Positions 27,501 through 37,911 of a stretch of DNA of 64,000 bases are shown here, in pieces. A program made the position numbers and the translations under genes. The DNA comes from Tubiluchus corallicola (lineage: Eukaryota > Animalia > Priapulida): contig JAQGDQ010000001.1 in assembly GCA_030141605.1 (NCBI GenBank), positions 186,001 to 250,000 of the forward strand. The letters run 5' to 3'. Under the pieces are notes generated by a model. It ran no database searches, was not told the DNA's origin, and saw only the letters and a list, made by a program, of their open reading frames with translations. Within the stretch, counting starts at the first letter, position 1, and each line of letters starts with the position of its first letter.

Positions 27501-29130
27501 CGGGAAACTTGCCAAATTGATCAATGTTTTCTTGCATTTCAGCATATTCACTTCTTCCGTCTTCTCGTTTGAAACGACTGGGATAAGTGTCAACTTTTCG
27601 AGAACCAAAGGAAACAATGGAACCTCTACTTATAAATTGATAATACAGTTCAATTTCTTCATCCTGCTCTGTAGTGTATTTGACAATAATGTCTTGTGTA
27701 CTTCTACACTTTAGTGTCCGTTTTGGCTTGTCTATTTTGATAAACCTTCCTGTAGGAGAAAACCAAGGTTTTATAGTGATACTTTTGTGTACGTGTGGCT
27801 GCTGAAACAGCGCTGACTTGTCATTGTATAGCATATGATCTGTGTATTTAATTATGGAAGCTTGCACAAGCAGGCTATTTATTTTAGGGCTGATTGGGTA
27901 CAGTTGAAATGTTGCTTTGCCGTCTGGTCCGGTTGTATACGTTCTTCGAAAGTGATACCTTACGTAATCCCAACTGTCTACCAACACTTCCACAGCCTCC
28001 CCAGCAACTGGCTTCCCGTCTGGAGTCAGGACAAATAACTGTCCCTCATACGTGATTCCCGGTTTGTAAAATAATGGGGATTCACTCATAGATAGCTCCA
28101 CTGGTTGCGTACTTACAGGAAACATTTTCGATGTCTCGATTTGTTTGTAAAATCCACTTTTTTCTCTGAATGCGATTTTTATATGTAGTGAATTCATGTT
28201 AGTATCTGTTGCCAGGTCCTCTGTAGAAATGACATAGTCATGATACCCGCTAGAAAGCGTTGACTCAATTTCTTCTCGACATATCTTTTGCCATCCACTA
28301 GATGTGCAAATCGATGCGGAGAACCACCCTGTAGCTCCTTGGCCATGTGTGTAATTAGCATAGGCCGTAATTGTCACATTGTCTTCAGAAAGCAAGATGT
28401 AATCTGGCCCGTGTATGGAAAGTCTAAAATCTGGTAAAACGTATTCTGAAACTTCGAACTCCTGCACCCATGTTGATTTAGTATTACCTGTCGTTTTAGC
28501 CACGATTGTCCATTTGCCAAGGATGGGATTGGACGTCAGCGGTAAATTAGCGCTGAATAGTTTGTGAAGATTTGTCGTCCATTTGTCTATTATAACATGT
28601 TGGGGATTTTCTACATATATTTCCTTAATGCAGTCACGCACAGATTTCAGTCTACTGTTCAAACAGGTAGCAAGTATTCCGACGGTTTGCCCACCTTTGT
28701 ATACTGGTTTATCCGTTTCAATGAGCACAAAATTTTCGGAAGAACGTGTCTGTATTCTGGCAGAAGATTCAAAGCGGTAATACTTATTGAGATCCCTTGT
28801 CACCGCATATCCGCGTATGTGCAAGTCAGCTAAGTGGATGTTTTCGTTCAGAAGAGGCACATCAAAATTCAGACAACGACTCCTCCCTTTCCTAAGCACA
28901 TATCTAGTTTTTACGACGGTATGTCTGTTGGTGTCTTTCAAGTAGACGTGAACACGAATATTCACGTGATTCAACCCGTGCAGAGAAAGACAGACTCGTT
29001 CTGTAGCTCCAGAATGAAACACCTGCGGAGCAGTAAACACGTATCCTTTCAATTGTTCTAAGGCCACACAAGAAAAGAAATAAGTTATCAAAAGGATAAG
29101 TTTTAGCTTCAGCTGCTGCGACAGCTGCAT
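24592..29130 (-). CDS. Alpha-2-macroglobulin-like thioester-containing protein (TEP), single 4.5-kb coding exon
   Basis: 1512-aa ORF with signal peptide, IETDKPVYKGGQTV, FEVSEYVLPDF, VYYIRQDGEVVADS, AGVVVLSDLTLETRPC (invertebrate A2M type), IRDYFPETWVW, VPDSITNW, thioester PTGCGEQNM (GCGEQ 26083-26097), GYQRQLRYKHSDGSFSAFG, WLTAFV, GGFSSTQDTV, SNMVVIELRLPTGF, VYDYYEP. A strong G|GTAAG donor lies at 24623, just before the ORF end. Confidence 0.96.
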   Translation of the reverse strand: MQLSQQLKLKLILLITYFFSCVALEQLKGYVFTAPQVFHSGATERVCLSLHGLNHVNIRVHVYLKDTNRHTVVKTRYVLRKGRSRCLNFDVPLLNENIHLADLHIRGYAVTRDLNKYYRFESSARIQTRSSENFVLIETDKPVYKGGQTVGILATCLNSRLKSVRDCIKEIYVENPQHVIIDKWTTNLHKLFSANLPLTSNPILGKWTIVAKTTGNTKSTWVQEFEVSEYVLPDFRLSIHGPDYILLSEDNVTITAYANYTHGQGATGWFSASICTSSGWQKICREEIESTLSSGYHDYVISTEDLATDTNMNSLHIKIAFREKSGFYKQIETSKMFPVSTQPVELSMSESPLFYKPGITYEGQLFVLTPDGKPVAGEAVEVLVDSWDYVRYHFRRTYTTGPDGKATFQLYPISPKINSLLVQASIIKYTDHMLYNDKSALFQQPHVHKSITIKPWFSPTGRFIKIDKPKRTLKCRSTQDIIVKYTTEQDEEIELYYQFISRGSIVSFGSRKVDTYPSRFKREDGRSEYAEMQENIDQFGKFPEVSFPSRLAHFRLAVDVIPSMFPITQLLVYYIRQDGEVVADSIKLDAEECFENKVNFQFDQNKTHPGSNVEISIQGSPNSLCGVRIIDQNVYSLDDSNQITENVLLEELHNFNIAVPSLFNEYTSYCEQRYRQWLYDHPEEQPDRLFIKQHSRQKHARPKRSIYTFSPDSSWSDARKAFSNAGVVVLSDLTLETRPCDKYLDSLRPRALPIVEGTEEIADTGEILKKIRDYFPETWVWSLKPLDDYGTTAFNGTVPDSITNWIGGAICLSEDDGIGVSNSVTLKSRKLLFASLSLPYSIIRHEVINVEVKIFNYFSDCLAVEISIEQPLGLQLLSPPDVIACVCPEKPLKETVTLLANVLGEVSLTVHSRVARSQSICGHEFEEAPPMVEDSIRKTLLVEAEGFSRVNTLSRFICIENYIPGELTIDLINLLIPGGVVPGTEKASVKVMGDLLSNSLSSIEDLIVLPTGCGEQNMAKLAPIVSILKYLTANYKLTPEVEDKALRYMKIGYQRQLRYKHSDGSFSAFGSQKEEDLSGSLWLTAFVLRTFALMKQFIYIDENVQNEAINWIKKKQDANGCFESTGMLHSAAFRGGLQENPNVVALTAYTSISLFLADVPVDDRTIIAARNCILRYDISDTYTLSLVSYLATLTSAKSLDHIPKILLSKALDQGAVKYWPADIGGSSASIETTGYALLTLLWKADWQSALELLPIARWLVQQRTLHGGFSSTQDTVIGLESLATFASMSYATRQNMNLSLEIVGHGFRKTFNVNNRNSDILQEGEIQQVPNILEIRSTGNGCAIVQADIRYNVKYQYFHTHQSLFVIETGNNIMNLDNNTATFGFCITYLGQGNSNMVVIELRLPTGFTALDHSLVAQNVNYYEIKNNKVDLYINSMDADSYTCFAEISAVQMYVVDRSSLEPGSITVYDYYEPETYVMALMRPLLYIGTMPTVEYDEPRFYGKQLLVLQLE

Positions 29131-29380
29131 TTTGCTGTCACGTACAGACGGTCGTTAGTGCTCGCATGCATGAAGCCAGTCCATTTTCATGTCAGTTGGC
29201 CTAGTCAACTGATGCGCAAACTCGCCCTATAAGCTAATGGCTTTTCACAGACAAGTTCAGATTCTCACTCAAATTGTTAGGAGCCAGAGATGGGTTGGTA
29301 AGTCACGATCGTGGAAAGGGTCCAATTCCACTACAGATCTACTTAAAAACATGTATTTCATTTGGGACATTTTAAAAAAA

Positions 29381-29493
<113 letters not shown>

Positions 29494-31083
29494 AGCCACA
29501 AAAAGTAAGCCAATTTTAAAATACCATAGAACTGCGATTTTTTGTCCAGTTTGTACATAAATTTAACAGGACAAATTAGAAAGATATTAGCACTTACCCA
29601 CTAATTTTTTCCAAGAAAATTAAAACACAAACGTGTTATGCTTGACAATGTCATCAAGCCCGCAAAATTGAAAAAAATAAATATTAGTATGATTTTATTA
29701 TCTTTATTGTAGTGATATTGTTTTTATTATATTGATACTAGTACGATTGTATTGTCAGTAAAGCTTTCGGTAAATTCAGGCCTCCGCTGAGATAATTATT
29801 GAAGTGTTAGGAAAACACACTGAGTAATTTTAGAATGTAAGACAGTGTATATAAAAACAAAATTTAAAGAATTAATTATATTTTTGTTTATTTAGAAAAT
29901 TTGAACTTTTTTATTTAAAAGACCTTAACATCTTTTGCATTTTTATTTAAAACTTGTTATTATTCATTATGCATCTCTTTTCAAAGCAAAAAGTTCTATC
30001 CTATGCAAAGAAAAAAATTTTAACGATTTTTTAAAATGTGCTTACCTTTTTGTGTCCATCCATTATTTATAAAAATGTATGGATCTTGGAAGTGTCATTA
30101 AGATGAGCTACTAAACTGACAGAGATATCTTAATTATATTTGGATACTTATACATCGTTTGTCAACGAGGTCACGAACCGTTCACAGACCAACTTGCTGT
30201 GCCCAACACAAGCGTGTGATCATTCAGCAGTTCATTCCGTTTCACAGATAAATATTTTTTTCTTTAATGGTCTGCATAAGTGAAATAGAATCACTTGCTT
30301 GTAACTTTGTAATTAGTTTTTTCGTTCACCCTGTGTGTTATACAGTGGAACAGTTTGGGCTAGCCCTAGCATCATCCCTTAACAGGCTGCAAAGTACAGT
30401 GAGTTTATCCCTTGAAATTTGCTATAGTTCTACATTCCTCCAATAGATGACACTACTGTGTCGCTCAGCATTCTGAACTAGAATTTTGCATTCTCCTCTC
30501 AGTGGTCTTACTCAGCCTTTAAAACTTTGATATACATATAAAATAACTCTGTAAAAACAATGAAAGTAATCCAGTTACTGAAGTATTGTATCTGATAAAC
30601 TTGAAGGTATTACATCTACCTATAAACGGTATAATGACTAAAGGTAGCGTTAACCAAAAATATTATCGATATTAAGCTCTTTATGTAGTTAATCTTAATT
30701 TTTCTGTAAATTTCAAAAAGTATACTGATTGATTTTGAATTCTATATGCTGTGCACATGTAGATCAATTATATCGCAAAGCATGTGGTCATAGGCGTACC
30801 GAAGGAATTTCACATGGGAAGGATGGCGGCAGGAGGAATTTCATCTGGAAATTTTTTAAAGTTGTCCTAGCTGTAAAAGAGGCATGCCTCTGTGCATATT
30901 TGCAGGATGTTTTGTAGGCAATAGATTTTGTAGGCTCTGGCAATAAATCTGTCCTAGTTGCTTTAGTATCAAAGATAATTTTAAGTTTGAAGGGTAATAA
31001 TGTGTCGAAGTTCATTTCATGTGATGGTTGTTGGCTTAGTCAGTTTTTCACATTGTGCTTTCACATTTGCTATCGACGCTGTT

Positions 31084-31667
31084 TAAGGTTGCCACTCGTC
31101 ACGAATTGAATTCAGGAGTCAAGAGCCAGCAGCTATGGGGTCTGGGACGCGCTGTAAATCAATGCATTTCATGTCGTTTAACGAGGCCTTCAAAAACAAG
31201 AATCAAAACCACAAAGTAGTAACACATTTCTTGATTTTAGACTCTAAAAAAACATAAAAGTACGAGCGGTGTACATAATTTTGGGGGTTACTTCCCAGTC
31301 CCAATATACATTTAAATGATTTCTCAGGTTTTTTGAGGTTTCTGGAGATTAAATCATTCAGCACTTTATGTTATGCGAATTAAAGATAAAGTGGAAGGTT
31401 GCGTGTATTGCAGTACCTACTGCTGCAGCAAAAACTAGTGAAAAATGTAGACCGTTTAAAATGATTACGCCATACAACCGATTATACAATTTAATAAGTT
31501 TACTGTTATTTTTAGCATGCAAGTTATATTTCCATTTTTTCCAACTTAAATTTCAATGTGATGGTTGAAATCAGGAGATTTCAGAATTTTTGAAATCAGA
31601 CCAAATTACGAATCTGTGACTAAATTTCGGTGAACTCGGGGTCAAATCAGAAGTGGTGGCAACCCTA
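31084..31667. mobile_element. hAT-like MITE
   Basis: TIRs TAAGGTTGCCA (31084) and TGGCAACCCTA (ends 31667); degenerate 8-bp flanks ACGCTGTT / TCGCTGCG. Confidence 0.55.
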
Positions 31668-31844
31668 TCGCTGCGCTGCTGCAGTATCATTTTGCTTAAT
31701 GAGACAGCTCATTAACTTGTATATACTGTAAAGTTATTAGAAAAGTGAACACAAAAATACCGTAGTGATTTTAATACACTCATTCATGACGTACATTTGC
31801 GTCATGAAAGCGCATTCACGGGCTTTCACATGGTGATAACTCCG

Positions 31845-32062
31845 ACTGTTATCTTTTCGCCGGTCCATCGTTTTGCCAGTCTATGTTTTCGCCAGTTTAT
31901 CTTTTAGCCATCTAATCTATCTTTTTCGCCAGTGTATCTTTTCGCCAGTGCATCCTTTCAACAGTTGTAGGTAGAAATCGTGCAGTAAGTATTTAAATAA
32001 GAGTACACTTCTCGCCAGTGCATCTTTCTGCTAGTCTATCTTTTCGCCAGTCTTTTCGCCAT
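31845..32062. repeat. Array of TCTTTTCGCCAGT subrepeats (transposon subterminal-type)
   Basis: About 9 degenerate copies spaced ~18-20 bp, followed by TTAACCCTAGA (piggyBac-like left end) at ~32099. Confidence 0.55.
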
Positions 32063-32799
32063 TGTGATTAACACTGAATAGTTAACTGTATTGGCCTATT
32101 AACCCTAGAAGCCATTAGCCCATTGGGTGTTGGCATGATTTCATTTAAACGCGTTGTGAACGGAAACCACAGGTCGTACAGAGGCATGCCATATATCATT
32201 GGCTTTGAAATGAAACGTAGAATCTGATGCACTTCGCCTTCGCCAAAATCGCGAGTTACGTTTGGCCAGAAAACGGCAATAAAAAGACGGGTCCGATCAA
32301 TTTGACATTCAGGATGTGCTGCTATTTCGTTTATCTGCGATATTTAGTTTCCGAGATACGCATCTTTTTGAAATAACTCAGAAACTAGACAGAAAATATG
32401 TCCATTTCTGATAAACCGTTACTCCTACAAGAGGCGTTACCTGCCAAGACGGCGTTCAGTGGTGATTGTCCGATCAATTCTCTGTCCAATTATGTGTTAC
32501 ACAGCCGCTACTGCCACAAGGGTGCCACGCTACACCCGTTTTTCTGGATGCATGTCGGACCATGCTTATGACAAAAAAGTCAACATTTTTAACTTTGGGA
32601 AACCATAACTATAACTAAGTGAGCTATCTTGAATTACTTGGGTAACACTGAAAATAGAGCTATACTTGTGCTACTAGGATAAGAAGCCTAGCGTGACAGT
32701 GGTGGCTTTAAAATCAACATGCAACACAAGCATGCCATGTAAATAAATTACAAATTACTAATAACAAAATTTAATTAATTACACCTACATAACAGAGAT

Positions 32800-32945
32800 T
32801 ATTATTACTCTCTCCGCAAATACTACTCGCCAGGCAGGGCAACAGCAGATGCCATTTTTGAAGTCTTTCATATTACCGGTCGCAGTATTGAACTCACGAC
32901 CTCCCAGATGGAAAAGGGACGCGTTACCACTTATCACTAGACTAT
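32800..32945 (-). mobile_element. tRNA-derived SINE head (MetaSINE-like)
   Basis: Minus strand TAGTGATAAGTGGTAACGCG (A-box-like) and GTGAGTTCAATAC (B-box-like), followed by AAAGACTTCAAAAATGGCATCTGCTG...CCTGCCTGGCG, which resembles the MetaSINE core as I recall it. Confidence 0.5.
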
Positions 32946-33704
32946 ACCGTCTGGTAGTTACCGTGCATGGATGTCATAGATTTCACAAAAAGTGCTAACA
33001 CAAATTAAATTTAATTTAATTTCAACTTTAACCTTTTTGCAAGCGTGTAGGAAAGCGGAAGATTTAGCAGAAGGAAATGAAGCACGTAGCTGTTATAATT
33101 ATTAATTTAACTATTTTTGCAAAGAATAAAACTTGTAGTTGTATTAAACTGTAGCGTTTTAATTGTCTGAGCTTACTGAATTAGTAACGCACAGCAATAG
33201 CACATTTGCATCATTCATGTACTGTACACTAGTAACCTAACTAAACATTGCTGTGGTCCAGGCTAGCCTAATATTCATACAGAAGTACGGTGAAGTTATG
33301 AAACACCAATAAATCTCTGACATTTTCGCACCAAACTCAAATGCGAAAATAAAATTTATTATGAAGGTTTCAATATTAGTCTTTTCGAATGCTCAAAAAA
33401 TTGGCTGTGGTTTATTTAAATTTTTATCTATTTCATAGTTAGGTATTTTTGTGATAACATACAGTATAACTATAAGTTTTCCATAGGCGTCTGAAATCTA
33501 CCAGGCTAGTTAAATGGTGTAAACTTTAAATAACAAGTGCATCAAATTGAGTTTACTGTAATTAGAATTCTACAACGATTGATTGTATACAGACTAGTGT
33601 CTTTGTTTTTTATAGGCTATGTAATATGTTTTTCCATTTGTAGACGCTGTCTATTTAAATGAGCAGCACCCTGCATTAGAAATAGTTTCTGCCAATTTGA
33701 TAAC

Positions 33705-36392
33705 ATGTCAGTAGAAGGAGGAAGTCTACTGAATATCACAGCTCAAGTACAGGCTGTCGTTAAAGAAATCGGCAAATGTGGCAACGGAAGTCAGTTTGAC
33801 ACTCACTTGGAAAAACTTCACTATCTAATTGAGCGCGTCCCTGTTTTAGATTTTTCTATTTCTGAACATAAGTCCGTTAGATCAATGTTACAAGCTTCTG
33901 CTGTGGCATTATGGAATATAGCAGTTGCAAGTAAAGGTAGTGAAATCACCTCATCTATACAAGTAGCTACACTGAGACATGCTTCATGTAAACTTTTGTT
34001 TCTTGTTTGTAAAGAATGCACCGATCCAGAGACACTTAAAAAGCAAGCTATGGTGGGAATAAAATCAGGACGTGCTTGGCTTGACTGCTGCAATTTCGAT
34101 TTAGCAGAAGAAGTTCTTGGTTATGCTATGTATGCGTTGGAGCAGTTAATGAGTCGTTGTTTATCCACGACAACTGATGCAGAAAAATATAAATTTCAGA
34201 GTGAAATGCTTAAAACTATCATCTACAAGGTTGAAGCACTTTTTGGGAAAAATGAGCATGAGGAAGCATTGAAACTGACACAACGGGCAAGATCAAGCCT
34301 GCCTGGTCATCTATCAGAAGGGAAAATTTTAACGGCGATGTGTTATAACTTTGGTCTCAGCTGTTATGAAAAAAATAACTTTGCAAAAGCTGTGAACTGG
34401 TTGCAGGAAAGCTATGCTTTAGGTAAGGCTATACAAATGAATTCAAAGGATCAAGCTAGGACTTTACGGTTACTGGCAACAACATACATTGAATGGGACA
34501 ATAAAGAATATCTCCAGGATGCAACTAATGCAATAGGACTGGCCAACTCAGAGTATGCTCATCCTGCTGGACTGTTTCTTAAATTGCGCATTTTGCTGAA
34601 TAATGATAAGTATGACAGTCCATCGGTCCAGTTTGCCTTAAAAGAATGTATATGTCATCCTGATCTTACTTTGGAACTAGGATTAGAGACAGTATGTTTA
34701 TGCATGCAGTCTGGAAACACTGACTTGATTCTGCTTGGTCTAAAACAGCTGGAGAAAAGATTCCCAGATTCAACAAAAGTTCATATGATGCGTTTGGAAC
34801 ATCTTTTGCAGTTGAAAGAATATAACAAAGCTAAATGCCTGATCTCTAGGTGTATTGAAGCGCACCAGTCCACAAAGCCACTTGACATAATGTCAATGAA
34901 ACGGCTTCATATGCTGCTTTGGCAACAAGCAAATAAATGCTATGAAGACAACTTGTACCAAGATGCGTTACTTTGGTACAAGTACTCTTTGGACATTTTT
35001 GGTGCTGACAGAAGTGAAAAAGAAAATTTGGCAAAGCTACATCGAAATTTATGTTCTTGTTACTTGGCTCTTAATGATATTGAAAAAGCACAGATGTCAC
35101 TTGATGAAGCTGTTAAGCTGGAAGACAACCCTCATACCTTTTACTTGTTGTTTCGAGTAGCTTTGCTGCAAAAGAATAATCTGCTAGTGCTAGAAGCACT
35201 CCAAAAGCTTTGTTCATCAAAAGACCCTTCCACCTATGATCTAATTTGTATTGCAAGTCAGTTGGCTCTAGACTCAAACAGCAGTGACATTGCTATTGCG
35301 GCTCTTGAAGGTTTGGCAAACCATGCCAATAAGCCACAGCAAATTGTCACAACTTTACGGTGCTTGATCCGACTTCGATTGTCTTCGCAAGGCGGGAAAC
35401 CCATACAGTACAAAGATATCTTATCATATTTAAAAACGGCATACAATTGCTTTACATCAACATTTCTGGAAACAGATCCTAAAGCTAGAAATGAAGTCAT
35501 CTGGTTTGTCAAAATTGCATATAATATGGGAATACAATGTGACGGTGATGTGAACTTGTTGCTAGAATTCTTTTTAGTTTGCATTAAACTTTTGTCAGTT
35601 TATCCCTTGGATGCAGCTAGCAATGTGAAACTAAAAACTTGTCTTGTGGTTGCCATTGCAGCTTCCATTCAAATGGGAAAGCAAACAGAATCAGAGCAAG
35701 AAAAGCGTCAGTACCTGAATCAAGCTCTGGAAATGAGAACACAGTGTTCAAAACTATGCAGAGAACTGACTGCATCTGTAGCAACAAAAGACAAAACTGA
35801 AGCTTTGTTACTCTTGTATGAGTTTGAAGCAAAAGCCCTTTTGGATAATAAAGCTAGCGACCTGAACGACTTACTAGAGAAAGCTTTAGCAATGCCACAT
35901 GCTAATGAAAAAACTTTTGAAAATATTGCGGCGCTGAGTATTGAATACTGTGATTCCATTCATCATCGAGAACTGACACTGCGTGCACTAAAAGCTGCAA
36001 TTCACAAGCATCTTTGTAACAGCAAGCCAGATTATTCTAACATCAGTAAACTCTTTCGTAACATTATCCATCTGTCGTTAAAGCAAGGCACTTGTCTAGT
36101 GGAAGCAGGAGAGAAAAGTGATGTGTGGCAGTACTTTCACCAAGCAGCAGATGTCGTTGACAAGTCAAAAGAGAGTGAATACCCAGAAATGGAAATCAGT
36201 TGGTTGATGACCAAAGCATGGAATAATGGTATTCACTTGTTTGCCTCAGAAAGTTATGAAGCTGCAAAATCCTGGTGCGAGATGGGCTTGAGGTTTTTGA
36301 AAAGTATGACCACGCTGAAAAGCAGTTATGAGTTTCACATGAACAAGGGCTATTGCGAGATCCTTGCAAAGGTTACACCAAGTGAACTGTGA
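33705..36392 (+). CDS. TEX11: Testis-expressed protein 11 (ZIP4/SPO22 TPR meiotic crossover protein), intronless CDS
   Basis: 895-aa TPR-rich ORF: ALWNIAV, LRHASCKL, KSGRAWLD, CYNFG..AVNWLQESY, QARTLRLLA, WYKYSL..NLAKLHRNLCSCYLAL, WFVKIAYNMG, LLLYEFEAKA, YPEMEISWLMTKAWNNG. An acceptor for a 5'-UTR intron lies at 33642-33643. Confidence 0.9.
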   Translation: MSVEGGSLLNITAQVQAVVKEIGKCGNGSQFDTHLEKLHYLIERVPVLDFSISEHKSVRSMLQASAVALWNIAVASKGSEITSSIQVATLRHASCKLLFLVCKECTDPETLKKQAMVGIKSGRAWLDCCNFDLAEEVLGYAMYALEQLMSRCLSTTTDAEKYKFQSEMLKTIIYKVEALFGKNEHEEALKLTQRARSSLPGHLSEGKILTAMCYNFGLSCYEKNNFAKAVNWLQESYALGKAIQMNSKDQARTLRLLATTYIEWDNKEYLQDATNAIGLANSEYAHPAGLFLKLRILLNNDKYDSPSVQFALKECICHPDLTLELGLETVCLCMQSGNTDLILLGLKQLEKRFPDSTKVHMMRLEHLLQLKEYNKAKCLISRCIEAHQSTKPLDIMSMKRLHMLLWQQANKCYEDNLYQDALLWYKYSLDIFGADRSEKENLAKLHRNLCSCYLALNDIEKAQMSLDEAVKLEDNPHTFYLLFRVALLQKNNLLVLEALQKLCSSKDPSTYDLICIASQLALDSNSSDIAIAALEGLANHANKPQQIVTTLRCLIRLRLSSQGGKPIQYKDILSYLKTAYNCFTSTFLETDPKARNEVIWFVKIAYNMGIQCDGDVNLLLEFFLVCIKLLSVYPLDAASNVKLKTCLVVAIAASIQMGKQTESEQEKRQYLNQALEMRTQCSKLCRELTASVATKDKTEALLLLYEFEAKALLDNKASDLNDLLEKALAMPHANEKTFENIAALSIEYCDSIHHRELTLRALKAAIHKHLCNSKPDYSNISKLFRNIIHLSLKQGTCLVEAGEKSDVWQYFHQAADVVDKSKESEYPEMEISWLMTKAWNNGIHLFASESYEAAKSWCEMGLRFLKSMTTLKSSYEFHMNKGYCEILAKVTPSEL

Positions 36393-37911
36393 ATGTCAGT
36401 TTTCACATAATTTCAGTTATTAAATTGTATTATTATAGGACGTTTCTTTTTTGTGACACATTCAAATTTTACTTTGAAATTTAAATTAATCTTAAGTACT
36501 TGAGTTATTCAAGGCAAATTTCTCATTTTATTTAAATTCATGTTGGCCTTCATCACTAATTCTTTGAATCTTAAAATCATTTGCCATTTGATAATAGAAA
36601 AGAAAAGATCAATATCTAAAATATTTCGTAATAAATTAATTTTAATCATTATCAGTACTGATTTTTGATATTAACTGCCTGAAATAAAAGGCTGTAACAT
36701 ACATAGATAAAAGTTATGAGAATGGCTAACAAACTTCATTTGCAGATAGACTTGTATTCAGCTACAACAAAATTATATAAAAATAATAAAATGAATATTC
36801 TTATTGATCTCTACATACATTTGTTTGGTTTCAAATGACTAGCCTGCAAAATTGCAAATTAATAAACTTATTTACATACAATTATTAATAAATTAGAAAC
36901 CTAACTACTCTTGCCCGATTCAACTTTATAAGTGGTTATAATGATCTCATTTAAAAATTTCGGTGGTACAAGATTCTTTATACAGTTTGTTTTCATAAAT
37001 ACATAAAGTAATACAAAAGTAATTATAATAAGCTTGTTACATATGCTTGAGTAATAAAATCAATTCCACTGTTATAAACAGTATTTTGAAGCTAAATCTA
37101 GGGTCTACCCACTTACTGTGGTTTATCACCATATGAATGTCACTAATGCATGAAGATTATATTTCAAAATTGAAAATAATAATGACACTATAGTCAAATT
37201 ACTGCCTTAAAAGAATTAATTATGACTTTTTTCTTTTGATGCATGCAAGGCATCAGATTTTTTTATATAAAATTTTTCTGTAACCAAATTATGAAGCGAG
37301 TTCCATAAGGAAGTTATTGTGTTGGTCTTGAAGCACCCTAGTTAGTGTTAGGTCAATAATAACTTTACTAGATGGCGACACCAGCATTCATAAGAGTATT
37401 AAAGAATAACACAATGATTTACAAAAAAATTGAGAGGCTGAATGTTTACAGAAAACAAGAAGAAAAATATCAATACAACAGAAAGGCTTCGTGCATAGGA
37501 ATAAATTCATTAAAACAGAATAGGCAGAAGAACGCTGAAGAAACAAGAAAATACGTACATATATAATTAGCTTTAACCCTAATCTCAGTGTTGATGAATG
37601 CACCACTATTTGTGCCTAGTTCACCTAGTGCCTAGACTATGTGAAAATTTTATTAGCATAGACAATGGCCAAAAATGGTTATACACTTTTCACAAAAATT
37701 GTTCTACTTAAATTCTAGGAAATAATGTTTGCAATTTACTATGCACTTTTCTTAAAAAACATAATACTGTTTTCACTCTCTTGTGAGGCCATTAAAAAAA
37801 CTTGAAAACAGGAGTCAATGCGTAGCTGGGCACGAGTGCCTAAGCTTCCTTGTGTGAATTGTGGCTATAAAAGCAAGACAATCGACCAGTTTTCAGAGAT
37901 CATTTGAGTAT

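Noticed and set aside
32870-32945. tRNA gene
   Set aside because: A/B-box-like motifs are present but there is no acceptor stem or cloverleaf; it continues into a SINE body.
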